NCBI RefSeq assembly: GCF_000738915.1
Contig: NW_026515635.1
Location: 1-64,000 of the forward strand
Length of the DNA: 64,000 bases
From: Nematocida ausubeli
Lineage: Eukaryota
Direction: 5' to 3'
Positions 1 through 10,064 of this stretch are shown in pieces. The number at the start of each line of letters is the position of its first letter. Position 1 is the stretch's first letter. The translations under genes and the position numbers were made by a program. The notes below the pieces were generated by a model, which did no database searches, was not told the DNA's origin, and saw only the letters and a program-made list of their open reading frames with translations.

Positions 1-2
1 TA

Positions 3-707
3 TTCAGCAGCAGTAGTAAACCATCTAGTAGTAGTTCTAGCAATATTTTGTCTAGTAGTCTACCTAGTAGTCTATCTAGTAGTAGTAGTAAACCATCTAG
101 TTCTAGCAGTAGTAAACCATCTAGTTCTAGCAGTAGTAAACCATCTAGTTCTAGCAGTAGTCTGTCTAGTAGTAAACCATCTAGTAGTAGTAGTTTATTC
201 AGCAGTAGCCTGTCTAGCAGTGGCAGTAGAAGTATTTCTATTAGTAAACCATCTAGTTCTATTAGTAGTAGTAGTAAACCATCTAGTAGTCTATCTAGTA
301 GTAGTCTATCTAGTAGTAGTAAACCATCTAGTTCTAGTATACATATGATGTATGATGAAATATATTCTGGTGACTCTGACTTGACTAAGATGTTTCCTTT
401 GTTTGCTGCTAATCTGATTACTTCTGTTGCTTTGTGTGTTGCTTCTGTTAGTTCTATTGATTATTTGCTGTCTAAGTATATTCCTAGGTACTCTATGAGT
501 ATATTCCTTCTGGTGTGCTTGAGTGCATCTTTGCTTTCTATTGGGATTACAATGAGAAGGAGTCTTTTGGTCTCTAAGTCATCATCAAATCAGTCATTTT
601 CTTATGGAGTGTCATTGTGTGCATTGATGGTATCTGCTTGCCTTGGGGTCAGTATAGCATCTGCATGGGTGTGCACTGTTCTTAAGATATTTGGCTTGCA
701 CAAATAA
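3..707 (+). CDS. Ser-rich repeat region followed by ~3 hydrophobic helices; 5'-partial, or a 120-aa membrane protein starting at ATG 345
   Basis: Frame is open from position 3 through SSSSKP repeats to TAA at 705-707; three hydrophobic stretches follow MMYDEIY (ATG 345). Confidence 0.55.
   Translation, partial: FSSSSKPSSSSSSNILSSSLPSSLSSSSSKPSSSSSSKPSSSSSSKPSSSSSSLSSSKPSSSSSLFSSSLSSSGSRSISISKPSSSISSSSKPSSSLSSSSLSSSSKPSSSSIHMMYDEIYSGDSDLTKMFPLFAANLITSVALCVASVSSIDYLLSKYIPRYSMSIFLLVCLSASLLSIGITMRRSLLVSKSSSNQSFSYGVSLCALMVSACLGVSIASAWVCTVLKIFGLHK
7..337 (+). repeat. Degenerate tandem repeat (AGTAGTAAACCATCTAGTTCTAGC, ~24 bp)
   Basis: Repeated agtagtaaaccatctag units are visible directly. Confidence 0.9.
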
Positions 708-859
708 ACACTTAGATTACACTTTCACTTTAACACTTTTTACTTCTCTCTTGTTTCTGTCTACTGATACATTCTTACTGGTGCATCCTTACTCGTGTAT
801 CTTGAATTTTTGTGTTTTAAACTTGACTAATCTGCATATTTAGACTACTCACATATTGG

Positions 860-1070
860 ATTTTTATGGGATCTTTGTGGATTTTTGGTGGATTTCTGAT
901 GGTTTTCTTGTGAATTTGTGTTATATGGAGTGAATTTCTGATGGTTTTCTAATGAATTTCTTATGAATTTGAGTTATATGGGGTGTGTTTCTAATGAATT
1001 TCTTATGAATTCTTGTGTATTTCTAGTGAATTTCTTATGAATTTGAGTTATATAGGGTGAATTCCCTGAA
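860..1070. repeat. Intergenic degenerate ~11-bp repeat (GAATTTCTTAT/GAATTTGAGTT)
   Basis: Repeated gaattt units; gaatttcttatgaatttgagttatat occurs twice. Confidence 0.75.
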
Positions 1071-1278
1071 GTCTTCTATTATAACTACTTACATATGAAC
1101 CTTCATGAATCCGCCATGGCTAATCTACAATAAATATAAATATACGAGATTAAATAGGATAAATATGCATTTCTATTTGTCTTACAGTATACTGCACAGT
1201 ATATTCCTGTTGTACTTTCATAAATTCATTTTGTCTTGTTCTGCCTGGGTATAAATCTCTTGCAAAAGTATTTTTATT

Positions 1279-1698
1279 ATGGAGCAATTTGCAGTGGATG
1301 ACCTTGTAATTAAGTTAATGGCAAAGAGGAAGGAGGTCATGCACACACTCTACACAGCATACAGCCAGAAAATAGAGAAGTTTCTGCTGGATAATCCAGG
1401 GATTGAAGCCATGACAATAGAAGGATACTTAAACAGAATAGAAGAGAAGAACAAAGAGAGAGAAGAATTACTGCAGAAGAACATGCCAGAGAAAGAAAGA
1501 AAAAGAAAACAAGAGATTGAGCAAGATAAAAGAAGAAAGTCAATGATAGTCACATTCGATGATATGTCATTTTCATTTGGAAAGGAAGAACTAGAACAAC
1601 TCTCAGGGAAGGAAAAACCAGTCGATCCAGAAGTGAAGAATATTCTTGAGAAAATGAACAGTCTCTTCAAGCAACTAGGGAAGACAAAAGAAAAGTAG
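1279..1698 (+). CDS. Hypothetical protein, possible Borealin/Nbl1-like chromosomal passenger subunit
   Basis: 139-aa ORF with TATA-like sequence upstream. N-terminal helix ends in IEAMTIEGYL and the C-terminus has DPEVKNILEKMNSLFKQL, recalling the Borealin N-terminal and dimerisation segments. Confidence 0.45.
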   Translation: MEQFAVDDLVIKLMAKRKEVMHTLYTAYSQKIEKFLLDNPGIEAMTIEGYLNRIEEKNKEREELLQKNMPEKERKRKQEIEQDKRRKSMIVTFDDMSFSFGKEELEQLSGKEKPVDPEVKNILEKMNSLFKQLGKTKEK

Positions 1699-1922
1699 AT
1701 AGATGGATAATAAAGATAAAGTAATCTCATGAATATAAATATATTATGATTAATATCACATGATTAGAGTACAAGAGTGCATTTATGTCTACAGTGGGAA
1801 ATATGTCTAATAAAAAGACAAAAGAGACAGGCACCCACTCTTATTATAGTTTTAGACTACTGTCTAATATCTCCTTTTGGAAATATAAATAACGGAAATA
1901 TTTATATTTTTATGGATATAGA

Positions 1923-2170
1923 TTTATTCCGGGTTGTATGTTTATACTTTTATTCTGGGTTGTATGTTTATACTTTTGTTCTGGGTTGTATATTTATACT
2001 TTTATTCCGGGTTGTATGTTTATACTTTTATTTCAAGTTGAATTTATTCTAGGTTGAATTTCTGTTTATATTTGGGTTATATTTCTATATGAATTGATGC
2101 TTATATTTCTATTCTCATTATGGTTATACTTCTATTCTCTTTATTCTCCTTATATTCCGGGTTATATTTC
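1923..2170. repeat. Tandem ~27-bp repeat TTATTCCGGGTTGTATGTTTATACTTT, decaying 3'
   Basis: 4-5 near-identical units at 1923-2035. Confidence 0.85.
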
Positions 2171-2253
2171 TCTTTGTTCTAGCTATATACACTCCAATTT
2201 ACAACATAACTGTCAAAAAGTATGAAAAATTGAATATAACCTGAATTTATTAG

Positions 2254-3504
2254 CTATGTGCTGAACTGGCACTGAGAAGAGCACAGAACCTTCTTTACAA
2301 TCACTTGCCTTCCATCTAGGGAGGTCTGATTTTTCAGAAGAATTCTGGGTTCGTACGTAAACCATTTGTTGCACAAGTCGCAGACCTTCCCGTTTTTTGA
2401 GAAGACGCACTCCTTCTGGAGCCATGCCCCAGGGCCTGGCATAATGTACGCATTGCATAATTGGTTTAGTGTAGGACACTTTTGTGGTACAATAATCTGC
2501 TCTTTTTCATACGGATTTCCACTTGCCCGCAAGGTTGCCAGTGCAGGAAACAAAGTAAACAGCTTATAAGGAATATTTCTAAGACGATTTTCGCTTATAT
2601 CTATTATCTCCAATGGATACGTTGTACAAGGGTGCACTTGCATGTCTAATTCCTGCAGTAGGTTGTTTTTTACATTAAGATATCGCAGTTTCTTTAAGGA
2701 GAATATAGATGCAGGTATGTGCTTTAGCTTGTTGTTGCTGAAATCAAGCTTCTCTACCTTCTCTAGCTTGCTGACCCAAGAACCAAGTTCTTCTAAGTTA
2801 TTTCTATATACAGGTAGAATTGTGAGTCTTTTTAATGCACCAAGGTCTGGGAGTGTCTTCAAGGCATTGTTCCCTAGGCCAAGTTCCTGAAGAAGATGCA
2901 ATTTTCCCATTTCTGCAGGAAGTTCCTTAATTTTGTTGTTGCTTAAATTCAACCACACAAGCCTGGATAGTTTGCATATTTCCTTAGGAACTGTCACAAT
3001 ATCGTTATTACTTAGATCTATCTTTGTGAGATTTTTCAGAAGAGAGATCTGTGGGGGGATTGCTTGCAGCTTATTACTGAAGAATCCAAACTTGCACAAA
3101 GATGTCATCCCGAATACGCACTCTGGGATTGTCTCAAATCTGTTCTCACTGAGACCCAGGCCTGCTACATTCTTTAGATTCCTTAGGCTGTCAGGCAAAT
3201 CTCTTAGTCTGTTGCGTGTCAGATCTACCCAGGTCAGATTTGTTATCTCACCCATTTCTTCAGCCACAGACTCAATCCAGTTGTCATTTAGTGCTAGCCT
3301 TGTTAAACTTGTCATGTGCTTTATCTCACTGGGAATATTTCTAATTCTGTTGTTCGAGACTATAAGCCAATTTAATGTGGGTGAAGTGAATACTTCTTCT
3401 GGGATCCTTTGAAGACCTTTTTTACCTATATCCAGTGAGAGTACCTTTTGCTCTGTCTGTGTCTTATTAATATAGCTTACTTTACCTCCCATTTTTTGTA
3501 TCAT
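2254..3504 (-). CDS. Leucine-rich repeat protein with C-terminal BC-box-like motif and Cys cluster (LRRC28/LRRC58-like architecture)
   Basis: About 13 LxxLxLxxNxL repeats, then PTLNQLCNAYI, CDLC and LCSSQC. Confidence 0.85.
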   Translation of the reverse strand: MIQKMGGKVSYINKTQTEQKVLSLDIGKKGLQRIPEEVFTSPTLNWLIVSNNRIRNIPSEIKHMTSLTRLALNDNWIESVAEEMGEITNLTWVDLTRNRLRDLPDSLRNLKNVAGLGLSENRFETIPECVFGMTSLCKFGFFSNKLQAIPPQISLLKNLTKIDLSNNDIVTVPKEICKLSRLVWLNLSNNKIKELPAEMGKLHLLQELGLGNNALKTLPDLGALKRLTILPVYRNNLEELGSWVSKLEKVEKLDFSNNKLKHIPASIFSLKKLRYLNVKNNLLQELDMQVHPCTTYPLEIIDISENRLRNIPYKLFTLFPALATLRASGNPYEKEQIIVPQKCPTLNQLCNAYIMPGPGAWLQKECVFSKNGKVCDLCNKWFTYEPRILLKNQTSLDGRQVIVKKVLCSSQCQFST

Positions 3505-3647
3505 TCTGTCTGCTTAAATATTCAGGCGAAACCTAGTTTCATTGCCATGGTGATTCTAGTTTGGCAAAATAAATAGACAGAAACAGAGAAGTAAAGTGCT
3601 TTTATTTGTCAGCGCATGAGATATTTGGAGTGGTGCAATGGGTTTGT

Positions 3648-3968
3648 TTAGTTATCAAAAAGATCTGGGTATTTTCCCATTTCTTTTATTGCATTTCTGA
3701 ATAGATTTTCATCGATTGGTGTTTTGAATGCACTGTGTCCAATTACTTTTATGGAATCTTTTGATGGAGCACCAAAAATTAGCACTTTCTCGCCTTCGTA
3801 TTCAGAAAGATCGTGCTTCATGGGTTCGTCCTCTTGGGAAAAGGATAAAGATACTTTGTAGTCATCTGCTCCTTGTAGGAATATGTCTTCTTCCTCTACT
3901 AATATTTCCCCTAGCACAATAATCTCCTTCTTGTCTGTTGGCACGTCTTTTGCAAGTTCATAGTACAT
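3648..3968 (-). CDS. RPA3: Replication protein A 14-kDa subunit (RPA3/RFA3)-like OB-fold protein
   Basis: About 106 aa from ATG 3968; OB-fold strand pattern and C-terminal IDENLFRNAIKEMGKYPDLF helix typical of RPA14. Confidence 0.65.
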   Translation of the reverse strand: MYYELAKDVPTDKKEIIVLGEILVEEEDIFLQGADDYKVSLSFSQEDEPMKHDLSEYEGEKVLIFGAPSKDSIKVIGHSAFKTPIDENLFRNAIKEMGKYPDLFDN

Positions 3969-4444
3969 GAAGGAAAGAAAAAAAAGAGAAGATAAATGGG
4001 AATATTCCAAGGACGTATAAATAAATAGTAATATATGGCAGAAAATGAATATAATATTAGGCTATGCATAGTGTATATAAATATGTGGCTGTTCATTTTG
4101 TTGTATATATTGTGTGTATGTATTTATGTCGTTTTTTATTGGGTTTTTACTGGGTTTTTATTGGATTCAAGATAGTTTCTGCTAGAACTTGCTGTGATAA
4201 TATGAAAGAGAGTTTGTTTAGGGGTGTATATTGGTATGTTTATGTGTATATTTGGTTAAATTTGAGTGTATATTGGTATATTTAGTCTAAGTTTTGGTTG
4301 TATATTTGGGTAAATTTGAATTATTTATTTTAAGAGTTTTAGGAGCCATTTATGTGAAGCTGTGCTTGCTGTTTATTTTCTGAATATTTTTGTCTCTGAG
4401 TCTCTGGATATTTTTCTCTTACTCTTTGAGTTTCTTTGCAGTGA

Positions 4445-4578
4445 AAATAGTCAATAATAGTCAATAATAGACTAATACATCTCCATAGTATGGATCAATA
4501 ATAGGCCAAGATAGACTAATAATATAGACTAATATATCTTCATAATATAGGCTAATAACAGGCTAATAACGGGCCAAA
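4445..4578. repeat. 10-bp phased repeat (TAGTCAATAA/TAGACTAATA)
   Basis: Units are visible at 10-bp spacing. Confidence 0.7.
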
Positions 4579-4620
4579 TTAAATTCACTCTGGATTGACC
4601 CTTTCTTTCTGTCTGTGTGT

Positions 4621-7038
4621 TTATTTTGGCTTGAAGACTGTGAGTAAATTTGAGCTAAACCGGTCATCATCCAGTAGCTGCAGCGTGGTGGCCCATCCTC
4701 CGCGTATTCGAAGTTCTTCACAGAATCCATCAGGGAGTTCATTTGAGTATTGTGCTGAGTTTATGCCTAGCTTGCTTGTCTCTCTTACAAGCATTGCTGT
4801 CACCTCCTCAGATAAGATGTACATCTCATTCTGTCTTTCATCTTCTTCTATCTTAATTCTCTTCAAGTTCATGAAGAAAGAGAAGATCTCCTGGGCATGT
4901 TCTGTGTTTGAGTGGAAGATAGACTGGACTGCATCAACTATACGTGGCTGCCTGTACTCAACTGAGATCCAGCACAAGAATGAAAGAAGACTTAAAATTC
5001 CCTTTATATTCAAAACTATCGTAGTACGTTGGTAGATTAAAACTAAAATAGCAGAGAATATAAGACGTATCTCTGTGTCTGGGTGCTGTCTTATGCCGCA
5101 GACTAATCTCTGCTTGAAAAAGAGCCAATCCACGCACTCAGGCAGTTCTGATGACTTGCAAGAGAGAATGTACTTGAAGACAGTTCTTTCCAACAGGGCT
5201 GATCTATTACCGCACTCCAAGAAGTCCATTTGCAGCATAAGAAGCAATGTACCCCCAAACTCAAAAAGTCTTCTCTCTTGCTCTGCCACATCCATGCTTA
5301 TATTCCCTAGGATAGACCTATTCTCTTCTATTCTGGATAAGTCAATTGAGAAATCCTGTCCTTCTGTGATGCATATCTGTCTGGCTTCCAAATATGCCCT
5401 AGGGTACCCTCCTTCTTTGTACTCTTCTGGTGCACCCCACTGCATAACTGCACTGTACTGTGCTACAGTTATGATTCTTGCAATTCTGTAGAAGAGTGCT
5501 TCTGATATTCTCTCTGAGAGTTTCTTCAGGAGAGACAAAAATGACACTGGAATTTGTCCTCTGCTATATCCCTCTAAGTGCATCAGAATCAAGCAGACTG
5601 GTGTGTCTTCTGTCAGTTTTATTTCTTGTTTAGTGGCAGACCCAGGGGAGGTGATTTTCTTTATTAAATCGACAGTTGGTGAATGTTTTGAGCAAGAAAA
5701 TACTTCTTCGTACGTACTTAACCCCAGTGCTACTAGGGCACTTGCGCATCCTGTGAGTTTTTCAATGTCTTCTGGTGATTTGTGCACCATGTGAAATATT
5801 TCTGCTATAATCTCTTGTTGCACCATGGTGTTTGAGGTTGTTTTTGCAAGTGAATCCAGTACTGCCTTAATCATGGTTACTTGTGCTGCATGGTCATCAA
5901 TGAATATGGAGAGCAGCAAGGGAATAAATATTTCATTTTGAGAATTATTTCTTCTGCATATAAAACACTTCTCTCTACTACTCTGTGCATATTCTATTGC
6001 TTCTGCTGCCAGGGATGAAATAACTGAGATTGCTTCTTTTCTTACGTCTCTGTTTGTGTCTCTGATTCTTTCCAAAATTGCCTGTTGTATTTCCTTTAGG
6101 TCCCTTATGCCTTCATGTGCTGCTGTCTTTAGTATTTCTTGTCTTACTTGTGCTGATGTATCTTGTAGTCTATTTTTCCATATAGAGACAGCACTTTCCC
6201 GGATGACTGCACCAGATGCAGATGTATAGAAGGTGCTTTTTGACTTTCTGTAGAGAATCTTTGGTACCTGGCACCTGATCCATTGTGATCTGTCTTCAGC
6301 AAGTGTTTCCACGTACTTAAGAATTTCTTGTCTTACAGATGCTTCTTGCACGAATTTCAAGAACTCCTTTTTGTCTTTGCTGCTTTCTGTTGCTTGCTTT
6401 ATGGCAGCCACTGTGACAACTTCTTTATTCAGGGAGTTAAATCTCTTAATTATCTCTATTTTTGATTTTTTCGTTGATAAAATTATCTCCTTAACGGCTG
6501 GCATAAATAGAAGAGGGTACTTTTCAATGAAAAACCCAAGAATTGAAGACCCTTCTGCCACTCTCTTCGCTATTTTTAATTTTATTTCTCTCCCTAGGTC
6601 TTCTTCTTTTTCTTCCACTATGGACTGAAGCATCTCTAGACTCCACTTCTGGGAAATATTCAGGAGGGAAAGTTCTGCTAGATTATTTATGGTTTTTACG
6701 TCTGTCAGCAGGCTCACCATCCTGTAACATGCTATAATCTCAAGGATCTTTTTGTCTTCTGCTTGTTTTGGTCCTCTGTGAATTATTTCTTTGAAGAGCT
6801 CTTTCACTTGCTCCAGCGTAAATGGATTATGGGGCGCACCAATCCTTAGTGTCTCTATCATGGAATACAAAAGATATGGGGATTTTCTTGTCTTTTCCGT
6901 CTTGCCTGCAATTGTGATTTTGTGGCCTAAATAGTCTATGTCTTCTTCTGGTGCCTCTTGCTTTATGGCTGACAGGATTTTGTACATTTCCTTTGGGGGC
7001 TGTGCTGCTGCTGTGCGGATTTTGTTTTCTGGTGTCAT
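4621..7038 (-). CDS. PDS5: HEAT-repeat cohesin regulator, PDS5-like
   Basis: 805 aa; WKNRLQDTSAQVRQE and ILERIRDTNRDVRKEAI HEAT motifs; C-terminal NEMYILSE segment as in Pds5. Confidence 0.65.
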   Translation of the reverse strand: MTPENKIRTAAAQPPKEMYKILSAIKQEAPEEDIDYLGHKITIAGKTEKTRKSPYLLYSMIETLRIGAPHNPFTLEQVKELFKEIIHRGPKQAEDKKILEIIACYRMVSLLTDVKTINNLAELSLLNISQKWSLEMLQSIVEEKEEDLGREIKLKIAKRVAEGSSILGFFIEKYPLLFMPAVKEIILSTKKSKIEIIKRFNSLNKEVVTVAAIKQATESSKDKKEFLKFVQEASVRQEILKYVETLAEDRSQWIRCQVPKILYRKSKSTFYTSASGAVIRESAVSIWKNRLQDTSAQVRQEILKTAAHEGIRDLKEIQQAILERIRDTNRDVRKEAISVISSLAAEAIEYAQSSREKCFICRRNNSQNEIFIPLLLSIFIDDHAAQVTMIKAVLDSLAKTTSNTMVQQEIIAEIFHMVHKSPEDIEKLTGCASALVALGLSTYEEVFSCSKHSPTVDLIKKITSPGSATKQEIKLTEDTPVCLILMHLEGYSRGQIPVSFLSLLKKLSERISEALFYRIARIITVAQYSAVMQWGAPEEYKEGGYPRAYLEARQICITEGQDFSIDLSRIEENRSILGNISMDVAEQERRLFEFGGTLLLMLQMDFLECGNRSALLERTVFKYILSCKSSELPECVDWLFFKQRLVCGIRQHPDTEIRLIFSAILVLIYQRTTIVLNIKGILSLLSFLCWISVEYRQPRIVDAVQSIFHSNTEHAQEIFSFFMNLKRIKIEEDERQNEMYILSEEVTAMLVRETSKLGINSAQYSNELPDGFCEELRIRGGWATTLQLLDDDRFSSNLLTVFKPK

Positions 7039-7075
7039 GGGCTTAAAAACTTCAAAAAATATGTAGGAAAAAAAG

Positions 7076-7146
7076 TGCGCTAACCGGGAATCGAACCCGG
7101 GTCTTAACCTTGGAAGGGTTGCGTTCTACCATTATACCATTAGCGC
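7076..7146 (-). tRNA. tRNA-Gly (TCC)
   Basis: GCGCTAA/TTAGCGC acceptor stem, D-arm TGGTATAATGGTAGA, anticodon loop CTTCCAA, T-loop GGTTCGATTCC; oligo-T Pol III terminator immediately downstream. Confidence 0.96.
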
Positions 7147-7220
7147 GCACACTATTTTGTGCGATGGGACGCTCTCTGGGGAGGGGCTAAAGTATTTAAG
7201 TCTTTTTCTATTTTGTTTTC

Positions 7221-7595
7221 ATGCCACGGCCTGAACCAAAGAGCACTGCAAAGCCTGCAAATATGTTTGATGATAGAGTAGTACGCCTGACTAAAACCGT
7301 AAAGCCCCAGAGTGTTGCACGGCCAATTCCTGGGGTTTCGTCTTCTGTTCTTTACAACGAAGAGACTGGCGTGCTGAAAGTGATTAAGTTCCAAAGTGGA
7401 TTTGGGAAGGCTGTAAGGAGTGCCCGTGAAAAAATGAAACTGTCCCAGAAGGATTTGGCTTCAAAGATCAGCAAGCCTGTCCATGCAATTACAGACATTG
7501 AGAAGGATGATGCTGTGTTTGACAAGCTGATTCTGCAGAGACTGGAGAAAGTGCTGGAGACTAAGTTTGAAGCACGCTTTTCGCAGGGAAAGTAG
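7221..7595 (+). CDS. MBF1: Multiprotein bridging factor 1 (HTH_3)
   Basis: GKAVRSAREKMKLSQKDLASKISKPVHAITDIE...ILQRLEKVL, the MBF1 helix-turn-helix. Confidence 0.85.
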   Translation: MPRPEPKSTAKPANMFDDRVVRLTKTVKPQSVARPIPGVSSSVLYNEETGVLKVIKFQSGFGKAVRSAREKMKLSQKDLASKISKPVHAITDIEKDDAVFDKLILQRLEKVLETKFEARFSQGK

Positions 7596-8172
7596 TTAAG
7601 AACTGCATATTCCTGCAAGGCAGCTGTATTCCTGCAGGGATTCTTGGTCTTAAGCAGTGCAGCCTCTGCTACTGACTATAAGATAGAATGAGTGCCTTGT
7701 AGAATTCTCTTTTAGGCAGAAACCCAAAGAGGTCTTTTCTGAAAAGAGTGTCTTAAGAGGGACTGCCTGCATGAATTCTTTGAGAAAGATTCAATGGCAT
7801 AAATAATATCTAATAAACAGCTATTTAAATTATGTCTATTATAGGGTGTTTAATATGGCTATATTTTCTTGTGAATTTAGTCTGTGTGTTATAAATATTC
7901 TTTGTGCTATTATGTTTCTATGGAGACTGGCTTACTATGGAGTATTTTTGTGCATTTTTGGTGTATTTTTGAGGTATTTTTGGGTTATATATGAACCACT
8001 CTAGGATCATGTACATCTTTAGGGTGTTTATGCATTAGAGTCTTTCTTAAATGGTGTATCTTTACTGTGTAGGCATCCTTTGATGGTGCATTTAAAATAT
8101 TCTATTTCTATTTCGCATATTTAAATTGTTTAAATGGGGAGTGAATTAGTTTAAAATGAATTTATTTGGATA

Positions 8173-9306
8173 TTAACACTCTGGCTTTGTTATTCCTATA
8201 CTCTCCAAAAAATCAGCAGGCCTTTGATTGGCTCCCTCTGCCACTGCATCTAAGATGTTTTTGAAGTGCTTTTTGACCTTTTTCTTCAGAGATACTTTTT
8301 CCTCTAGCTTCTTTTCAAGATTCTTTTTTTCTGCTGGGTCTATTACTCTATTGCTTCCTGCAAATTCAGCGATCCTTGCCTGCTTTATACTTAGCTCTTT
8401 GCAGATTGCCTCAAATTCCTGCTTCATGACCTCGTCAGCTGGGTACATAAGAAGCTCTCTTTTCTCCTTTCTCATTGCATTCACCACTGCCTCTATCTCC
8501 TCCTTTTGCGCCTTCACCTCTGCTAATTTTACGTCTAGCTCTGGTGTTTCCTCGTTGTTGTCCTCTTCTGAGTGCACTGGCAGATAGACTGCAGTTATGC
8601 CTGCTCTTTTCTCTACGATTTCCTTGTCCTGTATTAAGTTCAGAAGAAGTTTACGTATGGTGGTCTGTCCCATTGCAAATGGACCTGTTTGGAAGTTGTT
8701 GACTATCTCGACTGTATTCAGTGGCTCATTTCTCTCTCTTATAAATTTCTTTATTTCTGCCATGTTTCTGTCCAGCATCTCATCCTCCACTTTTATTCTC
8801 TTGGCTGTCTCTTTTTTAGCTGCTCCTTTCTTGACTGCTGGCTCTTTCTTGACTGGCTCTTTAACTGGCTCTTTCTTGACTGCTGCTTTCTTGACTGGAG
8901 TCTCCTTTGGCTCTTTTGGTGTTATTAGTGCAGCTACGCTCCTTCTTGTTGGTTTTTTATATTCAAAGTACTCGAGGTTCTCTGCATCGAATTCATCTTC
9001 AGAAGGCTGTGCATTGCTTTCTGGGGCTTTATTTTCCTCCTCGTCTTCCTCTTCTTCTGGTTGTTCTGGCTCTTCTTCTTGCGACAACTCAATCTCTTGA
9101 TCTGTCTCTTCATTTGGCATCACCTCTGGCTCTGTCTCGCTCAGAATAAGCTCATCCTCTGTGCTGCTTAATATAATGCTATTCTGCATGTTTTCTTCCT
9201 CTTCAGAAAGAACAGGGCTTCTTGCTGGCCTTCCTCTTTTTCGGGGGGATGCCGAGCTGCTATTGCTGTCTGCCTTCTTTCTTTCTTGCGCTTTTCTCAT
9301 AGCCAT
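8173..9306 (-). CDS. HOP2: Hop2/TBPIP meiotic recombination factor with long N-terminal extension
   Basis: Winged helix IKKFIRERNEPLNTVEIVNNF...IVEKRAGITAVY, then coiled coil and C-terminal FLESIGI. Confidence 0.75.
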   Translation of the reverse strand: MAMRKAQERKKADSNSSSASPRKRGRPARSPVLSEEEENMQNSIILSSTEDELILSETEPEVMPNEETDQEIELSQEEEPEQPEEEEDEEENKAPESNAQPSEDEFDAENLEYFEYKKPTRRSVAALITPKEPKETPVKKAAVKKEPVKEPVKKEPAVKKGAAKKETAKRIKVEDEMLDRNMAEIKKFIRERNEPLNTVEIVNNFQTGPFAMGQTTIRKLLLNLIQDKEIVEKRAGITAVYLPVHSEEDNNEETPELDVKLAEVKAQKEEIEAVVNAMRKEKRELLMYPADEVMKQEFEAICKELSIKQARIAEFAGSNRVIDPAEKKNLEKKLEEKVSLKKKVKKHFKNILDAVAEGANQRPADFLESIGITKPEC

Positions 9307-10064
9307 AAATATTTTAGTCTTTGAAAATATTATTTCTCCTAAGACGTGCTAGACTAATTTCTTGCTATATGAGCTTTTTTCGATTATATGGGAGAAGCAC
9401 GGATACGTCTGGGTGCTACACTTTATTCTCTTCTGCATAAGAAGTGCCTGTGTTTTTTGTGCTCGTCTGCATTCTAATTTATCTATTCAAACATGGCTGA
9501 AATTGGCACTAATTGAATAATAGGCTCTTTATGGTATATGCACTGTTCTTTTATGCTTACTCTACCAGATTATACTTCGTATTGATATGTTTATTTTTGT
9601 GGTTTTCTGTTTTAAAATCCTGTCTTATTTCTTGCGATAAATTAATGTAAATATCTTTTCTGCACCTTCCTGTATTCTCAACTATTATATTTAAGTCTTT
9701 TGTGTCTGTCATTGAATATTCAGATGGTCTCTAATTTTTGTCATTTTCTGAATTTCCCATGCTCTTCTGTGCTTTTTGTTTTTATTTTAAAATAAACCCA
9801 TACATAAAATAACTATAGTCATAGAAGTATGAACATGTTTAATTTCTCGTTTAAGAAAATCAGAAAAATATAAAATATGCACAGATAGAACTAGCCAATT
9901 AGCAGATTCAGTCCACAAAATCAATATATAGCCTTCTTTCCGTCTCCTGTATGTGCATTCTTCTCCTTCACATAAAGAGCATATGTCTATTTTAGGCAGC
10001 GCATATGCACGCGCATGCAAAAGCCAAAGAATTCGGGTTATGGGTAAAACATTTATTATGTAAA

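Noticed and set aside
9787..10020. 77-aa ORF and alternating purine-pyrimidine tract near 10000-10019
   Set aside because: No recognisable motif, and the tract is too short to support a functional claim.
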